Source of the DNA: Pseudomonadota bacterium
GTDB taxonomy: Bacteria > Pseudomonadota > Gammaproteobacteria > UBA9214
Direction of reading: 5' to 3'
Assembly (NCBI GenBank): GCA_039714155.1
Contig: JBDLJX010000001.1
Location: 1,257-65,256 of the forward strand
Length of the DNA: 64,000 nucleotides
The notes under the pieces were generated by a model that was not told where the DNA came from, ran no database searches, and saw nothing but the letters and a program-made list of their open reading frames with translations. Below are positions 1-9,897 of this stretch, piece after piece. Position 1 is the first letter of the stretch. Every line of letters begins with the position of its first letter. Both the position numbers and the translations under genes were made by a program.

Positions 1-46
1 TGTTCATGACCCTTACCTCTGCTCCTGGTTGCAGGTATACCCGCTG

Positions 47-784
47 TTACTGTTTATGTTCGTCAATAAATTCGTTCAGCAATGCCCGTCGTTCGTCGTC
101 CAGTTCGGCATCTGCCAGCAGATCGGGACGCCGTTGCCACGTCCGCCCGAGTGCCTGCTTCAGCCGCCATCGCCGGATCCCGGCGTGATTGCCACTCAGC
201 AACGGCTCCGGCACCCGCAACCCGTCAATCTCTTCCGGACGGGTATAATGCGGGTAATCCAGCACACCGTCCATGAACGAGTCTTCCTGTGCGGAATCCG
301 CATCACCAAGCGCACCTGGCAGCATCCGCGTCACACTGTCCATTACTACCAGGGCCGGCAACTCACCGCCGCTTAACACATAGTCCCCGATAGACAGTTC
401 TTCATCCACTTCCGTATCGATGATCCGTTCATCAATACCTTCATAACGGCCAGCCAGCAGGATAAGCCGTGGCAGGCAGGCCAGCTCACGGACTCTCGAC
501 TGGGTCAGTCGCTGGCCCTGGGGAGACAGGTAAATCACCGGGGCCGCTGCGCCATCCGCGCGTACTGCACGCAGTGTTTCGCGTAGCGGTTCAACCGTCA
601 TCACCATCCCGGGGCCACCACCGTATGGCCGGTCATCAACAGAACCGTGTTTGTTACTGGTGTAGTCACGCGGGTTCCACGTCACCAGTTCAACCAGGCC
701 CTGGTCGACCGCGCGGCCCTGAATCCCGTGCATCGCCTGTGCCCGGATCATCTCGGGGAACAGGGTAATAACGTCAATACGCAC
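47..784 (-). CDS. trmD: tRNA (guanine37-N1)-methyltransferase TrmD
   Basis: 245 aa; N-terminus [12 protein letters not shown] typical of TrmD; synteny rimM-trmD-(rplS). An rplS start codon (ATGAAC, complement of nt 5-7) with an AGGAG RBS lies at the window edge. Confidence 0.9.
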   Translation of the reverse strand: MRIDVITLFPEMIRAQAMHGIQGRAVDQGLVELVTWNPRDYTSNKHGSVDDRPYGGGPGMVMTVEPLRETLRAVRADGAAAPVIYLSPQGQRLTQSRVRELACLPRLILLAGRYEGIDERIIDTEVDEELSIGDYVLSGGELPALVVMDSVTRMLPGALGDADSAQEDSFMDGVLDYPHYTRPEEIDGLRVPEPLLSGNHAGIRRWRLKQALGRTWQRRPDLLADAELDDERRALLNEFIDEHKQ

Positions 785-1344
785 TAAAATTCCGGATCCC
801 AGTCTACCCGAATCCTGCGGGCTGCCAGATCAACCGATTCGATCACCTGGCCTTGGATAAACGGGATCAGTCGCTCCCGATCACCCTTGACCACCAGCAC
901 ATCATTGGCACCGGTCTCGATCAGGTAATCAACCGTGCCCAGTTCCCTGCCATCAAGTGTCTCTACATGCAGACCGACAAGGTCATGCCAGTAATATTCA
1001 TTCTCGCCGGTATCCGGTAATTGCTCATGCAGGATGCCGATCCCGGTGCCTTTCAGCGCGGCCGCCGCATCGCGGTCCTGACAGTCTGGCAGTCTCGCGA
1101 TCAACCCCTTGCCGTGCCGGCGCGCCTCGATACCCTCGACCACCTGCCATTGCCGGCCACGTTCGAGATACCAGGGACGATAGTCAAGCAGGTTTTCCGG
1201 AGGTGCGGTAAATGACATCACGTGCACCCAGCCCTTGACACCATACGGGCCGGCTACCCGGCCTACGATTATCGGCGTAGCGTCTGCCGATGCATCGGTT
1301 GTTTCGTACTTGCCCGCCATTGCCGGTTCAGCGCCGGTAGGCAC
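784..1344 (-). CDS. rimM: 16S rRNA processing protein RimM
   Basis: 186 aa with [17 protein letters not shown] motif (RimM PRC-barrel family); between rpsP and trmD. The true start may be an internal Met (about nt 1320). Confidence 0.85.
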   Translation of the reverse strand: MPTGAEPAMAGKYETTDASADATPIIVGRVAGPYGVKGWVHVMSFTAPPENLLDYRPWYLERGRQWQVVEGIEARRHGKGLIARLPDCQDRDAAAALKGTGIGILHEQLPDTGENEYYWHDLVGLHVETLDGRELGTVDYLIETGANDVLVVKGDRERLIPFIQGQVIESVDLAARRIRVDWDPEF

Positions 1345-1351
1345 ACAGCGG

Positions 1352-1594
1352 TTACTGCCGGTATTCCTTCAGCAGTTTTGTCACACGATCAGAGATCTGG
1401 GCACCCTTGGAACTCCAGTAATCGGCGCGTTCCGTATCAATCCGCAGGCGTTCCTCCTGACCCTTCGCAATTGGATTGAAAAAACCAATGCGTTCGATAT
1501 ACCGCCCGTCTCGCTTGTTACGGCTGTCGGTTACCACAATGTGGTAAAACGGGCGCTTCTTGGCACCACCGCGTGACATCCTGATCGTCACCAT
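1352..1594 (-). CDS. rpsP: 30S ribosomal protein S16
   Basis: ORF trimmed to internal start [21 protein letters not shown], the conserved S16 N-terminus; about 80 aa. Confidence 0.9.
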   Translation of the reverse strand: MVTIRMSRGGAKKRPFYHIVVTDSRNKRDGRYIERIGFFNPIAKGQEERLRIDTERADYWSSKGAQISDRVTKLLKEYRQ

Positions 1595-2173
1595 GAATCT
1601 GTTTCCTCTCTGAAAAATTCCGCGCGACACATTGACGTGTCGCGACCGTTAAAAACCGCATAATTTTACGCGATTAACAGAAAATGTGAAGAGCCAACAG
1701 GCAATTAGCGTGAAATACCGGGGGTCATATGATCACAGGACTCGTCCCGGCAACCGGACAAGAATAGTGTCGAAATACATTACAGATACCTACAGCCTCT
1801 GGCAATACAACAAAAGATATATGTAACATATTGTATCTAATAATTATTTTACTTTTTGCCAGAACGACATATCGTGCAGCATTTGTCGGTCTTTCTTACG
1901 ATGGGCCAATCGTTACACCCTTGCGCGTCAAAGATGTGACGGTAAGTTGTTTTAATTACAGTGATTTTTCAACTTGGCATGGCGCTTGCTGTATTCAGGG
2001 CACAGAGATAAAAAACAGCATCAACGCGGGGGAGTAAGCGGAGTAAAAAAACTAAACACGAATTCATTGCAAATAATAAGAACAACTTTCGCGCACGGCA
2101 AGTTAAGTTAAAAACAGATTGGCACAATAACCATAATAAGTACGAAAATTCTCGCCGATTCAGCGCAATTGTT

Positions 2174-2203
2174 AACGGTGGCCCAGGCCACCGTTTTTTA
2201 TTG
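2174..2203 (+). terminator. Rho-independent terminator-like hairpin (plus strand), no annotated plus-strand gene upstream
   Basis: aacggtggcc-cag-ggccaccgtt stem followed by TTTTTTATT; lies at the end of an AT-rich intergenic stretch between rpsP and ffh. Confidence 0.45.
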
Positions 2204-2239
2204 CCTGTTAAAAATATCCCGATCGATCCCGGCCCGCCC

Positions 2240-2335
2240 CTACGCGGCGAGGACGCCGCTCCCACAAATTCCTGTCGCCTTCCTGTGGGAGCGCCGTCCC
2301 CGGCGCGAATCACGGCGAGGCGCCGCTCCTACAAT
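2240..2335. repeat. REP-like palindromic element, copy A (partial arm plus full about 50 bp palindrome)
   Basis: Core tgtgggagcgccgtccccggcgcgaatcacggcgaggcgccgctcctaca (2284-2333), preceded by an extra arm-like segment. The same core recurs at 8231-8280 (inverted) and 9921-9970. Confidence 0.8.
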
Positions 2336-2368
2336 AAAATTTTTTGCCATGGTCAGGTTAACTATTCA

Positions 2369-3742
2369 TTAGAACGGCATCCCCCCAGGCATACCCCCCG
2401 GCGGCAGCTTGCCCTTCATACCGCGCAGCATCTTGCCCATGCCGCCCCTGGACATCTTCTTCATCATCTTGCGCATCTGCAGGTACTGTTTCATCAGCTT
2501 GTTGACGTCCTGAACCTGGGTACCGGAACCGGTGGCGATGCGGCGGCGGCGCGAACCCTTGATGACATCCGGAAAGCGGCGTTCCTGCTCGGTCATGGAA
2601 TTGATAATGGCAACCATGCGCTTGATCTGGCCATCATCGGCCATTGCCACGGCTTCCTTCGGTAGTTGCCCCATGCCCGGCAGCTTGTCCATCAACGAAC
2701 CCAGCCCGCCCATGTTGAGCATCTGTTCGAGCTGGTCACGGAAATCGCCCATATCAAAGCGCTTGCCCTTTGAAAGCTTGCCGGCAAGCTTCGCCACCTT
2801 GTCCTGGTCGACCTTCTGCTGCGCCTCCTCCACCAGACTGAGCACATCGCCCATGCCAAGAATGCGCGACGCAACACGATCGGGGTGAAACGGCTCCAGC
2901 GCCGCGGTTTTCTCGCCCACGCCAATGAACTTGATCGGTTTACCGGTGATTGCACGGATCGACAAGGCGGCGCCACCACGGGCATCACCATCGGTCTTGG
3001 TCAGGATCACACCGGTCAGCGGCAAGGCATCATTGAATGTCCGCGCCGTATTGGCCGCGTCCTGACCAGTCATACTGTCGACCACGAACAGGGTCTCGAC
3101 GGGATCGAGCACCGCATGCAGTTCGCGGATCTCGGTCATCATCTCCTCGTCGATATGCAAACGACCGGCGGTATCAATAATGACCACATCGAGATGATGA
3201 TTGCGTGCATGCTTGACAGCGGCCGCAGCGATTTCAGCCGGCTGCTGACCGGTGTGACTCGGAAAGAATTCCGCCTTGACCTCGCCGGCAAGTGTCTTGA
3301 GCTGGTCGATGGCGGCTGGCCGGTAGATATCGCAACTGGCCAGCAGCACGGACTTTTTATTGTGCTCCTGCAACAGGCGCGCCAGTTTCGCACTGCTGGT
3401 GGTCTTGCCCGAACCCTGCAGGCCGGCCATCAGCACCACGGCCGGTGGCCGGGTGGCAAGATTCAACGCATCGTTGGCCTCGCCCATGATCCGCACCAGC
3501 TCATCATTGACTACCTTGACCAGCGTCTGGCCCGGCGACAGGCTCTTCACTACCTCCTGGCCGCTGGCACGCTCACGCACCCGGTCAATGAAATCCTTGA
3601 CTACCGGCAGCGCCACGTCCGCCTCCAGCAGTGCCATGCGTACTTCGCGCAACGTGTCCTTGATATTGTCTTCGGTCAGCCGCCCCTGCCCGCGCAGGTT
3701 ACGGATGGTCGTGGAAAGGCGGTCTGTGAGATTGTCAAACAT
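2369..3742 (-). CDS. ffh: Signal recognition particle protein Ffh
   Basis: 457 aa; GTPase motifs GLQGSGKTT, DTAGR, TKTDGD; Met-rich C-terminal M-domain; synteny with rpsP. Confidence 0.95.
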   Translation of the reverse strand: MFDNLTDRLSTTIRNLRGQGRLTEDNIKDTLREVRMALLEADVALPVVKDFIDRVRERASGQEVVKSLSPGQTLVKVVNDELVRIMGEANDALNLATRPPAVVLMAGLQGSGKTTSSAKLARLLQEHNKKSVLLASCDIYRPAAIDQLKTLAGEVKAEFFPSHTGQQPAEIAAAAVKHARNHHLDVVIIDTAGRLHIDEEMMTEIRELHAVLDPVETLFVVDSMTGQDAANTARTFNDALPLTGVILTKTDGDARGGAALSIRAITGKPIKFIGVGEKTAALEPFHPDRVASRILGMGDVLSLVEEAQQKVDQDKVAKLAGKLSKGKRFDMGDFRDQLEQMLNMGGLGSLMDKLPGMGQLPKEAVAMADDGQIKRMVAIINSMTEQERRFPDVIKGSRRRRIATGSGTQVQDVNKLMKQYLQMRKMMKKMSRGGMGKMLRGMKGKLPPGGMPGGMPF

Positions 3743-3885
3743 AAGCGACGGCTGTGCCTGTAGAGAAATCAGGCTCTGATTATAACGGCAAAGCCGTAAC
3801 TGGAAAGATCAGGGCACCGCCATGTGCTTCAATGCCATGCCGGGTTATGCGATGATGCATGGATTACAGAGCACACGACCCGTAA

Positions 3886-4698
3886 ATGACTGCCTCAATT
3901 ACCGGATTACTGGCGATAACACTCTACCTGCTGGCGAGTGGCTTGCTGGTCACACGCCTGGTGCATGGCCCGGCCAACGGGAACGGCCGTCGTAAACAGG
4001 TGTTGCTACTCGGTATCGCCGCCATCCTCATACACGGCTCCCTGCTGTACCCGTCCATACTGACAGGCAACGGACTCAACCTCGGTTTCTTCAACGCCGC
4101 CTCGCTGATCGCCCTGATGACCGCGACATTGCTGCTGGTTACCGCCTTCCGCGAACCGGTCGAAAACCTCGGCATCCCGGTATTCACGGTGGCTGCTATC
4201 AGCATCCTGCTGTTGCTGATATACCCCGTTGAATCCGCTGGTGCCGGCACCAGCACTTCCTGGCAACTCGATACACACATACTGATATCACTATTGGCCT
4301 ACAGCATCCTTGGCCTGGCGGCATTGCAGGCGCTGCTGCTTGCCATCCAGGAGTACCACCTGCACAACCGTCAGCCGGGCGGCTTTATCCGTTCACTGCC
4401 ACCATTGCAGACCATGGAAGCGCTGATGTTCCAGATGATCGGCATTGGCTTCGCCCTGCTGACACTGGCACTGCTGACCGGCATACTTTTCCTGGAAGAC
4501 ATCTTCGCCCAGCACCTGGTTCACAAGACGGCCCTGTCCATCGGCGCCTGGGTGGTGTTCGCCACCCTGCTGTGGGGGCGCTGGCGTTTTGGCTGGCGCG
4601 GCCGGGTCGCCATTCGCTGGACCATCGGCGGCTTCATCTTCCTGATGCTGGCCTATTTCGGCAGCAAGCTGGTGCTGGAACTGATCCTGTCCCGTTAG
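3886..4698 (+). CDS. ypjD: Cytochrome c assembly family inner membrane protein (YpjD-like)
   Basis: 270 aa polytopic membrane protein; divergent from ffh exactly as ypjD is in E. coli; CcsA/CcmC-like hydrophobic profile. Confidence 0.6.
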   Translation: MTASITGLLAITLYLLASGLLVTRLVHGPANGNGRRKQVLLLGIAAILIHGSLLYPSILTGNGLNLGFFNAASLIALMTATLLLVTAFREPVENLGIPVFTVAAISILLLLIYPVESAGAGTSTSWQLDTHILISLLAYSILGLAALQALLLAIQEYHLHNRQPGGFIRSLPPLQTMEALMFQMIGIGFALLTLALLTGILFLEDIFAQHLVHKTALSIGAWVVFATLLWGRWRFGWRGRVAIRWTIGGFIFLMLAYFGSKLVLELILSR

Positions 4699-4700
4699 GA

Positions 4701-4760
4701 CTCTTTCTGACTGACAACGGATACAGAACCAACACGCTGAGTACCAGTTTTTTATTAAAT
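4701..4760. repeat. Conserved 3' module gatacagaacca...ctgagtaccagttttttatt
   Basis: Near-identical module found again at 39283-39335 after dolP; both directly follow plus-strand genes and precede a palindromic element; T-run suggests terminator function. Confidence 0.5.
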
Positions 4761-4787
4761 AGTGTCCGTCCATAAAGACCGGTTATT

Positions 4788-4992
4788 TTCTCGCAAAGAC
4801 GCAAAGCACGCCAAGACAGGATTTTAAAATGCCATTAAAACAATCTTTTAACACTTTGCGTGCTCTGCGTCTTGGCGAGAGTTTATTGTTTGTGGATGGA
4901 CACTTAATGGCCACGAAATCCACGAAAGGACACGGAAAAATGTCTTTAAGGCTTTTTTTCCTTCCGTGTTTTTCCGTGGATTCCGTGGCAAT
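4788..4992. repeat. MITE-like double-hairpin element, diverged copy R1
   Basis: Inverted repeats gcaaagacgcaaagcacgccaagacag / ctgcgtcttggcg, and ccacgaaatccacgaaaggacacggaaaaa / ttccgtgtttttccgtggattccgtgg. Shares the gcaaag and ccacggaa.acacggaa motifs with elements at 27395-27633 and 34880-35103. Confidence 0.7.
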
Positions 4993-5102
4993 AATATCGG
5001 TCTTGTTCAGGTTGAAAAAGTACCAGTCCTGTTCACCGCACTGACAGGGCCCGCAAATTTACGTAAGATAGACGCTGGTAACCAACACGAGGCTGTCCCT
5101 TT

Positions 5103-6386
5103 TTGGACGACGTCCCCCTGAGCGTCCTGTTTCTGGCGCTCTTCATCCTGTTGTTGCTGTCCGCCTTTTTCTCCGGCTCCGAGACCGGGTTGATGACACT
5201 CAACCGCTACCGGTTGAAACATCTTGCCGAAGACCGAGAGCATGCCGGTGCACGCCGTGTACAACAACTGCTGAACCGGCCCGATCGATTGATCGGCCTG
5301 ATTCTGCTTGGCAACAACTTTGTCAATGTACTGGCATCGATGCTGACAACACTGATTGCGCTACGCCTGGCCGGTGAAGCCGGCATCGCCATTGCTGCCG
5401 GTCTGCTCACCCTCGTTATCCTGATTTTTTCCGAAGTCACACCCAAGACCCTGGCGGCACTGCACCCGGAACGCATCGCCTTTCCGGCCGCCGTTATCTA
5501 CATCCCGTTGCTGAAGCTGCTCTACCCGCTGGTCTGGCTGGTCAATGTCATTGCCAACACACTGCTCAGGTGGTTAGGTGTCACGCCAGAGGAAGGTGCC
5601 TCGGATGCCCTGTCGCAGGAAGAACTGCGTACGGTGGTCATGGAAGCCGGCGCCATGATCCCGGAACGTCACCAGAAAATGCTGCTCAACCTGATGGATC
5701 TGGAAAAGGTCACGGTCGAGGACATCATGGTGCCGCGCAACGAGATCACCGGCATTGATATCGAAGACAACTGGAACACGATTATAAAAGTGTTATACGA
5801 CAGCCAGTACATCCGGTTGCCATTGTACCGCGAGAGCATTGATGATGTCATTGGCGTCGTCCATATGCGTGATGTCCTGCCGCAACTGAACCGGAACGAA
5901 CTCGATCATGCCGCCCTGGAAAAGATCGCCCGGCCCCCCTATTTCATCCCCGAGAACACCTCGCTGAACCGCCAGTTACTCAACTTCCAGCGGGAGAAAC
6001 GCCGCATCGGCTTCGTGGTCGACGAATACGGCGACATCCAGGGCCTGACAACCGTGGTAGATATCCTCGAGGAAATTGTCGGCGAATTCACCAGTGACCC
6101 GGCAGAGGATTTCGAGGACATCGTGCCGCAGGTGGACGGCAGCTGGCTGGTGGATGCTTCAATCAATATCCGCACCCTGAACCAGACACTTGGGATGCAG
6201 CTATCGACCGACGGCCCGAAGACACTCAATGGTCTGATTACGGAATACCTGGAAATGATCCCGGAGACCGGCATCAGTGTACTGCTCGACCAGCACCCGG
6301 TGGATATCGTACAGGTCAGGGACAACATCATCCGCACTGTCCGTATCCACCCGGTATTAAGCCGCGCCGGGGAACCCGGGACATGA
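5103..6386 (+). CDS. HlyC/CorC family transporter (CNNM/DUF21 transmembrane domain, tandem CBS, CorC_HlyC C-terminal domain)
   Basis: 427 aa; N-terminal 4-TM domain with GSETGLM motif, CBS pair, C-terminal transporter-associated domain; adjacent to ypjD as yfjD is in E. coli. Confidence 0.85.
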   Translation: MDDVPLSVLFLALFILLLLSAFFSGSETGLMTLNRYRLKHLAEDREHAGARRVQQLLNRPDRLIGLILLGNNFVNVLASMLTTLIALRLAGEAGIAIAAGLLTLVILIFSEVTPKTLAALHPERIAFPAAVIYIPLLKLLYPLVWLVNVIANTLLRWLGVTPEEGASDALSQEELRTVVMEAGAMIPERHQKMLLNLMDLEKVTVEDIMVPRNEITGIDIEDNWNTIIKVLYDSQYIRLPLYRESIDDVIGVVHMRDVLPQLNRNELDHAALEKIARPPYFIPENTSLNRQLLNFQREKRRIGFVVDEYGDIQGLTTVVDILEEIVGEFTSDPAEDFEDIVPQVDGSWLVDASINIRTLNQTLGMQLSTDGPKTLNGLITEYLEMIPETGISVLLDQHPVDIVQVRDNIIRTVRIHPVLSRAGEPGT

Positions 6387-6640
6387 AACTGCTCTTCAAC
6401 CTCGAGGTCATTGCCGGCAACCAAATCAAGGCACGCCCGAGTGATTACCTGCAATCACTGCCGCGTGACCGGCAGCTCGAGGAAGTCACCGAGTTCTTGA
6501 ACTGGGCAGAAAACGAGGCCAGCAGCAACGAGGATCTGCAGGCACGCGCCGAGGCCGAGATCGGCATTGCCACGGCAAAAGAATTCCTGGAGAAACTGAA
6601 AAATACCGGCCCGACGATATATACCGGTAAGGACAAATAA
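6383..6640 (+). CDS. Hypothetical small acidic protein, translationally coupled to the CorC-family gene
   Basis: 85 aa ORF whose ATG overlaps the upstream stop (ATGA); GC-rich third codon positions consistent with coding; no recognisable domain. Confidence 0.45.
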   Translation: MKLLFNLEVIAGNQIKARPSDYLQSLPRDRQLEEVTEFLNWAENEASSNEDLQARAEAEIGIATAKEFLEKLKNTGPTIYTGKDK

Positions 6641-6715
6641 TCATGCACTGAACACCTGTGGCAACGCAGCATAATCCGGGCTACACAACATTCAAGCAAC
6701 AATGAGGTAATAAAT

Positions 6716-7105
6716 ATGACTGACAAGACCGACGCAGAATGGCGCGAACTATTGACACCGGAACAATACGACGTTACCCGTAACAAGGGAACCGAACGCC
6801 CGTTCAGCGGTGAATACTACGACTGCAAGGACGACGGCACCTACTCCTGTATCTGTTGCGGCGCCCCGCTGTTCGACTCCGCCGACAAGTTCGACTCCGG
6901 CACCGGCTGGCCAAGCTTCACCCGCCCGATGGTCGAAGAAAACATCAATGCCGAAACCGACGGCAGTCACAACATGGTCCGTACCGAAGTCATGTGTCAT
7001 ACCTGCGGTGCCCACCTCGGCCATGTCTTTCCCGATGGCCCGGCACCGTCCGGACAGCGCTACTGCATCAACTCGGCAGCGTTAAAACTTGAAAAGAAAA
7101 AATAA
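6716..7105 (+). CDS. msrB: Peptide-methionine (R)-S-oxide reductase MsrB
   Basis: 129 aa; two CxxC zinc motifs ([19 protein letters not shown]); SelR signature GWPSF; GAGG-like RBS upstream. Confidence 0.92.
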   Translation: MTDKTDAEWRELLTPEQYDVTRNKGTERPFSGEYYDCKDDGTYSCICCGAPLFDSADKFDSGTGWPSFTRPMVEENINAETDGSHNMVRTEVMCHTCGAHLGHVFPDGPAPSGQRYCINSAALKLEKKK

Positions 7106-7150
7106 TCATCACCCTACAGCAGATTATCCGTCAATTATTCACTAAAAACA

Positions 7151-7178
7151 TTGCCATGACAGGGTTTCACCCTATAAT
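7151..7178 (+). promoter_or_regulatory. Sigma70-type promoter for the FHA-FHA-PilZ gene
   Basis: TTGCCA, 16 nt spacer, TATAAT, about 30 nt upstream of the ATG at 7209. Confidence 0.5.
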
Positions 7179-7208
7179 CGCAACTTTCACCATAGTTTTT
7201 ACACACTG

Positions 7209-8174
7209 ATGGCAAAATTGACGCTGTCGCATAAAGGCCAGTTACAAAATACCTTTTTCCTTACCGGTACGGACTGGCTGATCGGCAGTAATCCCGCCTG
7301 TCCAATCCGGATCGATGCACCATCCATCCTGCCCAACCATGCGCGCATCAATCGCACTGCCGGCAGGTATCACATCGCCGCACTATCCGAGTCCGGTGAG
7401 CTCTGTGTGAATCACGGCGATGTGCACGAACACACCCTGCGCGACGGTGACATTATTCACCTCGGTGGTTACACGCTGGTGTTCTCGACCGATGCGCTGG
7501 GCACTGCCGATCCCGGCATGGGCCGGCCGGTACGCGCCTGGCTGCAGGTCCTGAACGGTACCCGTCAGGGCCGGGCAATCGAGCTGGAGAACCCGGTCAC
7601 CCGCTTTGGCAGCGCCGGTGACCTGACTGTCATGATCAGTCGCCGCGATGACGGTTATTACCTCTCCCATCTCGAGGGCGATGAATTTCCGCTGGTCAAC
7701 CAGACGGTGATCACTGACACCACCTGGCCACTGAACCAGGGCGACATCATCCATATGGGCAAGCTCAAGTTCGGCTTCTTTGCCGAATACGAGGCAGACG
7801 AGGAAACGGGCGCGCCAGAAACGGCGGGCACGCAGCGGCACTTCACCCGGGTATCACTGCATAACCCGACGATTATCGCCACGATGGATACGCAGTGGGA
7901 CACCCACCTGATCGATCTGTCCCTGAGTGGCGCCCTGCTGGAACACCCGTCCGGCTGGATGGGCAATACCGGTGATCATTACACCCTCAAGCTGCTGCTG
8001 GCCGACCAGTCCTACCTTGAGGTCGAGGCACAGGTCCGGCAAATCGATGCCGACCGGCTTGGCATGGCCTTTATCGATCTGGATAAAGCGGACCGGGATG
8101 AAATCCGCTGGCTGGTTGAGCTGAACCTGGGTGATGCCGCCCTGCTGAAACGCGAGCTGTCGGAATTTATCTGA
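7209..8174 (+). CDS. Two tandem FHA domains fused to a C-terminal PilZ (c-di-GMP binding) domain
   Basis: 321 aa; FHA-like blocks about aa 20-95 and 115-190 (G..I.I...HA.I, NG..VN-like, GD.I..G motifs); C-terminal QRHFTR (RxxxR) then DLSLSGAL (DxSxxG) about 25 aa later, the canonical PilZ c-di-GMP motifs. Confidence 0.7.
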   Translation: MAKLTLSHKGQLQNTFFLTGTDWLIGSNPACPIRIDAPSILPNHARINRTAGRYHIAALSESGELCVNHGDVHEHTLRDGDIIHLGGYTLVFSTDALGTADPGMGRPVRAWLQVLNGTRQGRAIELENPVTRFGSAGDLTVMISRRDDGYYLSHLEGDEFPLVNQTVITDTTWPLNQGDIIHMGKLKFGFFAEYEADEETGAPETAGTQRHFTRVSLHNPTIIATMDTQWDTHLIDLSLSGALLEHPSGWMGNTGDHYTLKLLLADQSYLEVEAQVRQIDADRLGMAFIDLDKADRDEIRWLVELNLGDAALLKRELSEFI

Positions 8175-8204
8175 CCAGGGTAGCACTGGTTTATTATTGA
8201 ACCT

Positions 8205-8282
8205 TAACCCAATCATTGCAAAAATTCTTACTGCAGGAGCGGCGTCTCGCCGCGATTCGCGCCGGGGACGGCGCTCCTGCAA
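8205..8282. repeat. REP-like palindromic element, copy B (tag tcattgcaaaaat plus 50 bp palindrome)
   Basis: gcaggagcggcgtctcgccgcgattcgcgccggggacggcgctcctgc; its core is the reverse complement of copy C, yet the upstream tag is in the same orientation. Confidence 0.8.
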
Positions 8283-8419
8283 AACACTCTTTTTTCCGTC
8301 GGGTTAGATGCACGTTGCACCAAGCCTGACTACATCACACGACTTGCCGTGCATCGTAACCCGACGGCTTTTCCTTCGCGATACTGTTTTGTCGGGTTAG
8401 GTCGTGCCGTGGTGAATGG

Positions 8420-9796
8420 TTACCTCTCCTGCAGGTCCATCGCGGTCTCCAGCACCTGCGACAATCGCTCGACTGCGGTTACTTCAAGCCCTTCAATGGC
8501 CCGCTTTGGTTTGTTCGCCGCCGGGATGATGGCACGGTGGAAGCCATGCTTGGCTGCCTCGTTGAGGCGTTCCTGGCCGTTGGGTACCGGCCGCAATTCA
8601 CCCGACAGCCCCACTTCACCGAACACGATCAGATCACCCGGCAGGGGCTGGTTGCGAAAGCTGGAAATGACGGCCAGCAACACGGCGAGGTCAACCGCCG
8701 TCTCCGTGACCCGCACCCCGCCGACGACATTGACGAAAACATCCTGATCGCCCATGAGCAGACCACCGTGGCGATGCAACACGGCCAGTAACATGGACAG
8801 GCGGTTTTGCTCCAGTCCCAGCGTGACCCGTCGCGGGTTGCCCAGCTGGCTGGGATCGACCAGCGCCTGCACCTCGACCAATAACGGCCGGGTTCCCTCC
8901 CAGGTCACCATGACGATGCTGCCCGGCACCGTGGTTTCATGGCGTGACAGGAAGATCGCCGACGGGTTGCGCACCTCCTTCAGGCCCTGCTCCGTCATGG
9001 CAAACACGCCGAGCTCGTTAACGGCACCGTAGCGGTTTTTAACGGCTCGCAGGATACGGTAACGGTCACCGGCATCACCCTCGAAATACAGCACCGTATC
9101 CACCATGTGTTCGAGTACCCGCGGCCCGGCCAGCATGCCCTCCTTGGTCACATGCCCGACCAGAAAAATGGCGGTACCGGTCTGTTTGGCAAAGCGCACC
9201 AGCTGTGCCGCACTTTCCCGGACCTGGGCGACCGAGCCCGGTGCCGATTGCAGGTTGCCGGTATACAGTGTCTGGATGGAATCCAGCACCATGACCTGGG
9301 GTTTTTCGATAGCAGCCGTTTCAATAATGCGTTCGACACAGGTTTCGGTAAATAACCTGACATTTTCACCATTGACACCCAGCCGGTCCGCGCGCAACGA
9401 AATCTGCTCGGGTGATTCCTCGCCGGTAACATACAGTGCCGACAGTGACGTCGACACGGTTGCCAGTACCTGCAGCAACAGGGTGGATTTGCCTATCCCC
9501 GGATCGCCTCCGATCAGTACGACCGAACCGGTAACCAGGCCACCGCCGAGGACGCGGTCGAGCTCGGTAAAACCGACCGTGGTACGCCGGGTGCTATCCG
9601 GCTCGACGGCAGACAGGCGGGTAACGGTTGCCCTTGCACCACCGGCATAGCCGGAATGACGGCCGGCCGGCGCCGGTGCAACCGCCATGACTTCCAGCAG
9701 CGTGTTCCAGGCGCCACAGTCGGTACACTGCCCGGCCCATTGCGGCGCCTGGGCGCCGCAGACACTGCAGGAATAGACGTTTTTTGCTTTTGCCAT
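8420..9796 (-). CDS. radA: DNA repair protein RadA/Sms
   Basis: 458 aa; N-terminal C4 zinc finger (CSVCGAQAPQWAGQCTDCGAWN), Walker A GDPGIGKST, KNRYG motif, Lon-like C-terminal domain. Confidence 0.95.
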   Translation of the reverse strand: MAKAKNVYSCSVCGAQAPQWAGQCTDCGAWNTLLEVMAVAPAPAGRHSGYAGGARATVTRLSAVEPDSTRRTTVGFTELDRVLGGGLVTGSVVLIGGDPGIGKSTLLLQVLATVSTSLSALYVTGEESPEQISLRADRLGVNGENVRLFTETCVERIIETAAIEKPQVMVLDSIQTLYTGNLQSAPGSVAQVRESAAQLVRFAKQTGTAIFLVGHVTKEGMLAGPRVLEHMVDTVLYFEGDAGDRYRILRAVKNRYGAVNELGVFAMTEQGLKEVRNPSAIFLSRHETTVPGSIVMVTWEGTRPLLVEVQALVDPSQLGNPRRVTLGLEQNRLSMLLAVLHRHGGLLMGDQDVFVNVVGGVRVTETAVDLAVLLAVISSFRNQPLPGDLIVFGEVGLSGELRPVPNGQERLNEAAKHGFHRAIIPAANKPKRAIEGLEVTAVERLSQVLETAMDLQER

Positions 9797-9897
9797 TGGA
9801 TGGTGTCAGCTGCAAGTGCCATTCAGAAGTTCGGATCGACGCAAGCATAACAAAATCAAACCCGGGTGTGACGCCAACCTGTAGCCCGAAGAGTTGA

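Noticed and set aside
1831-2037. 68 aa ORF in AT-rich spacer
   Set aside because: Low-complexity, AT-rich, no RBS; more likely non-coding (possible sRNA or promoter region).
2885-3763. 292 aa plus-strand ORF
   Set aside because: Entirely antisense to ffh, a strongly conserved gene; typical GC-rich antisense open frame; no RBS.
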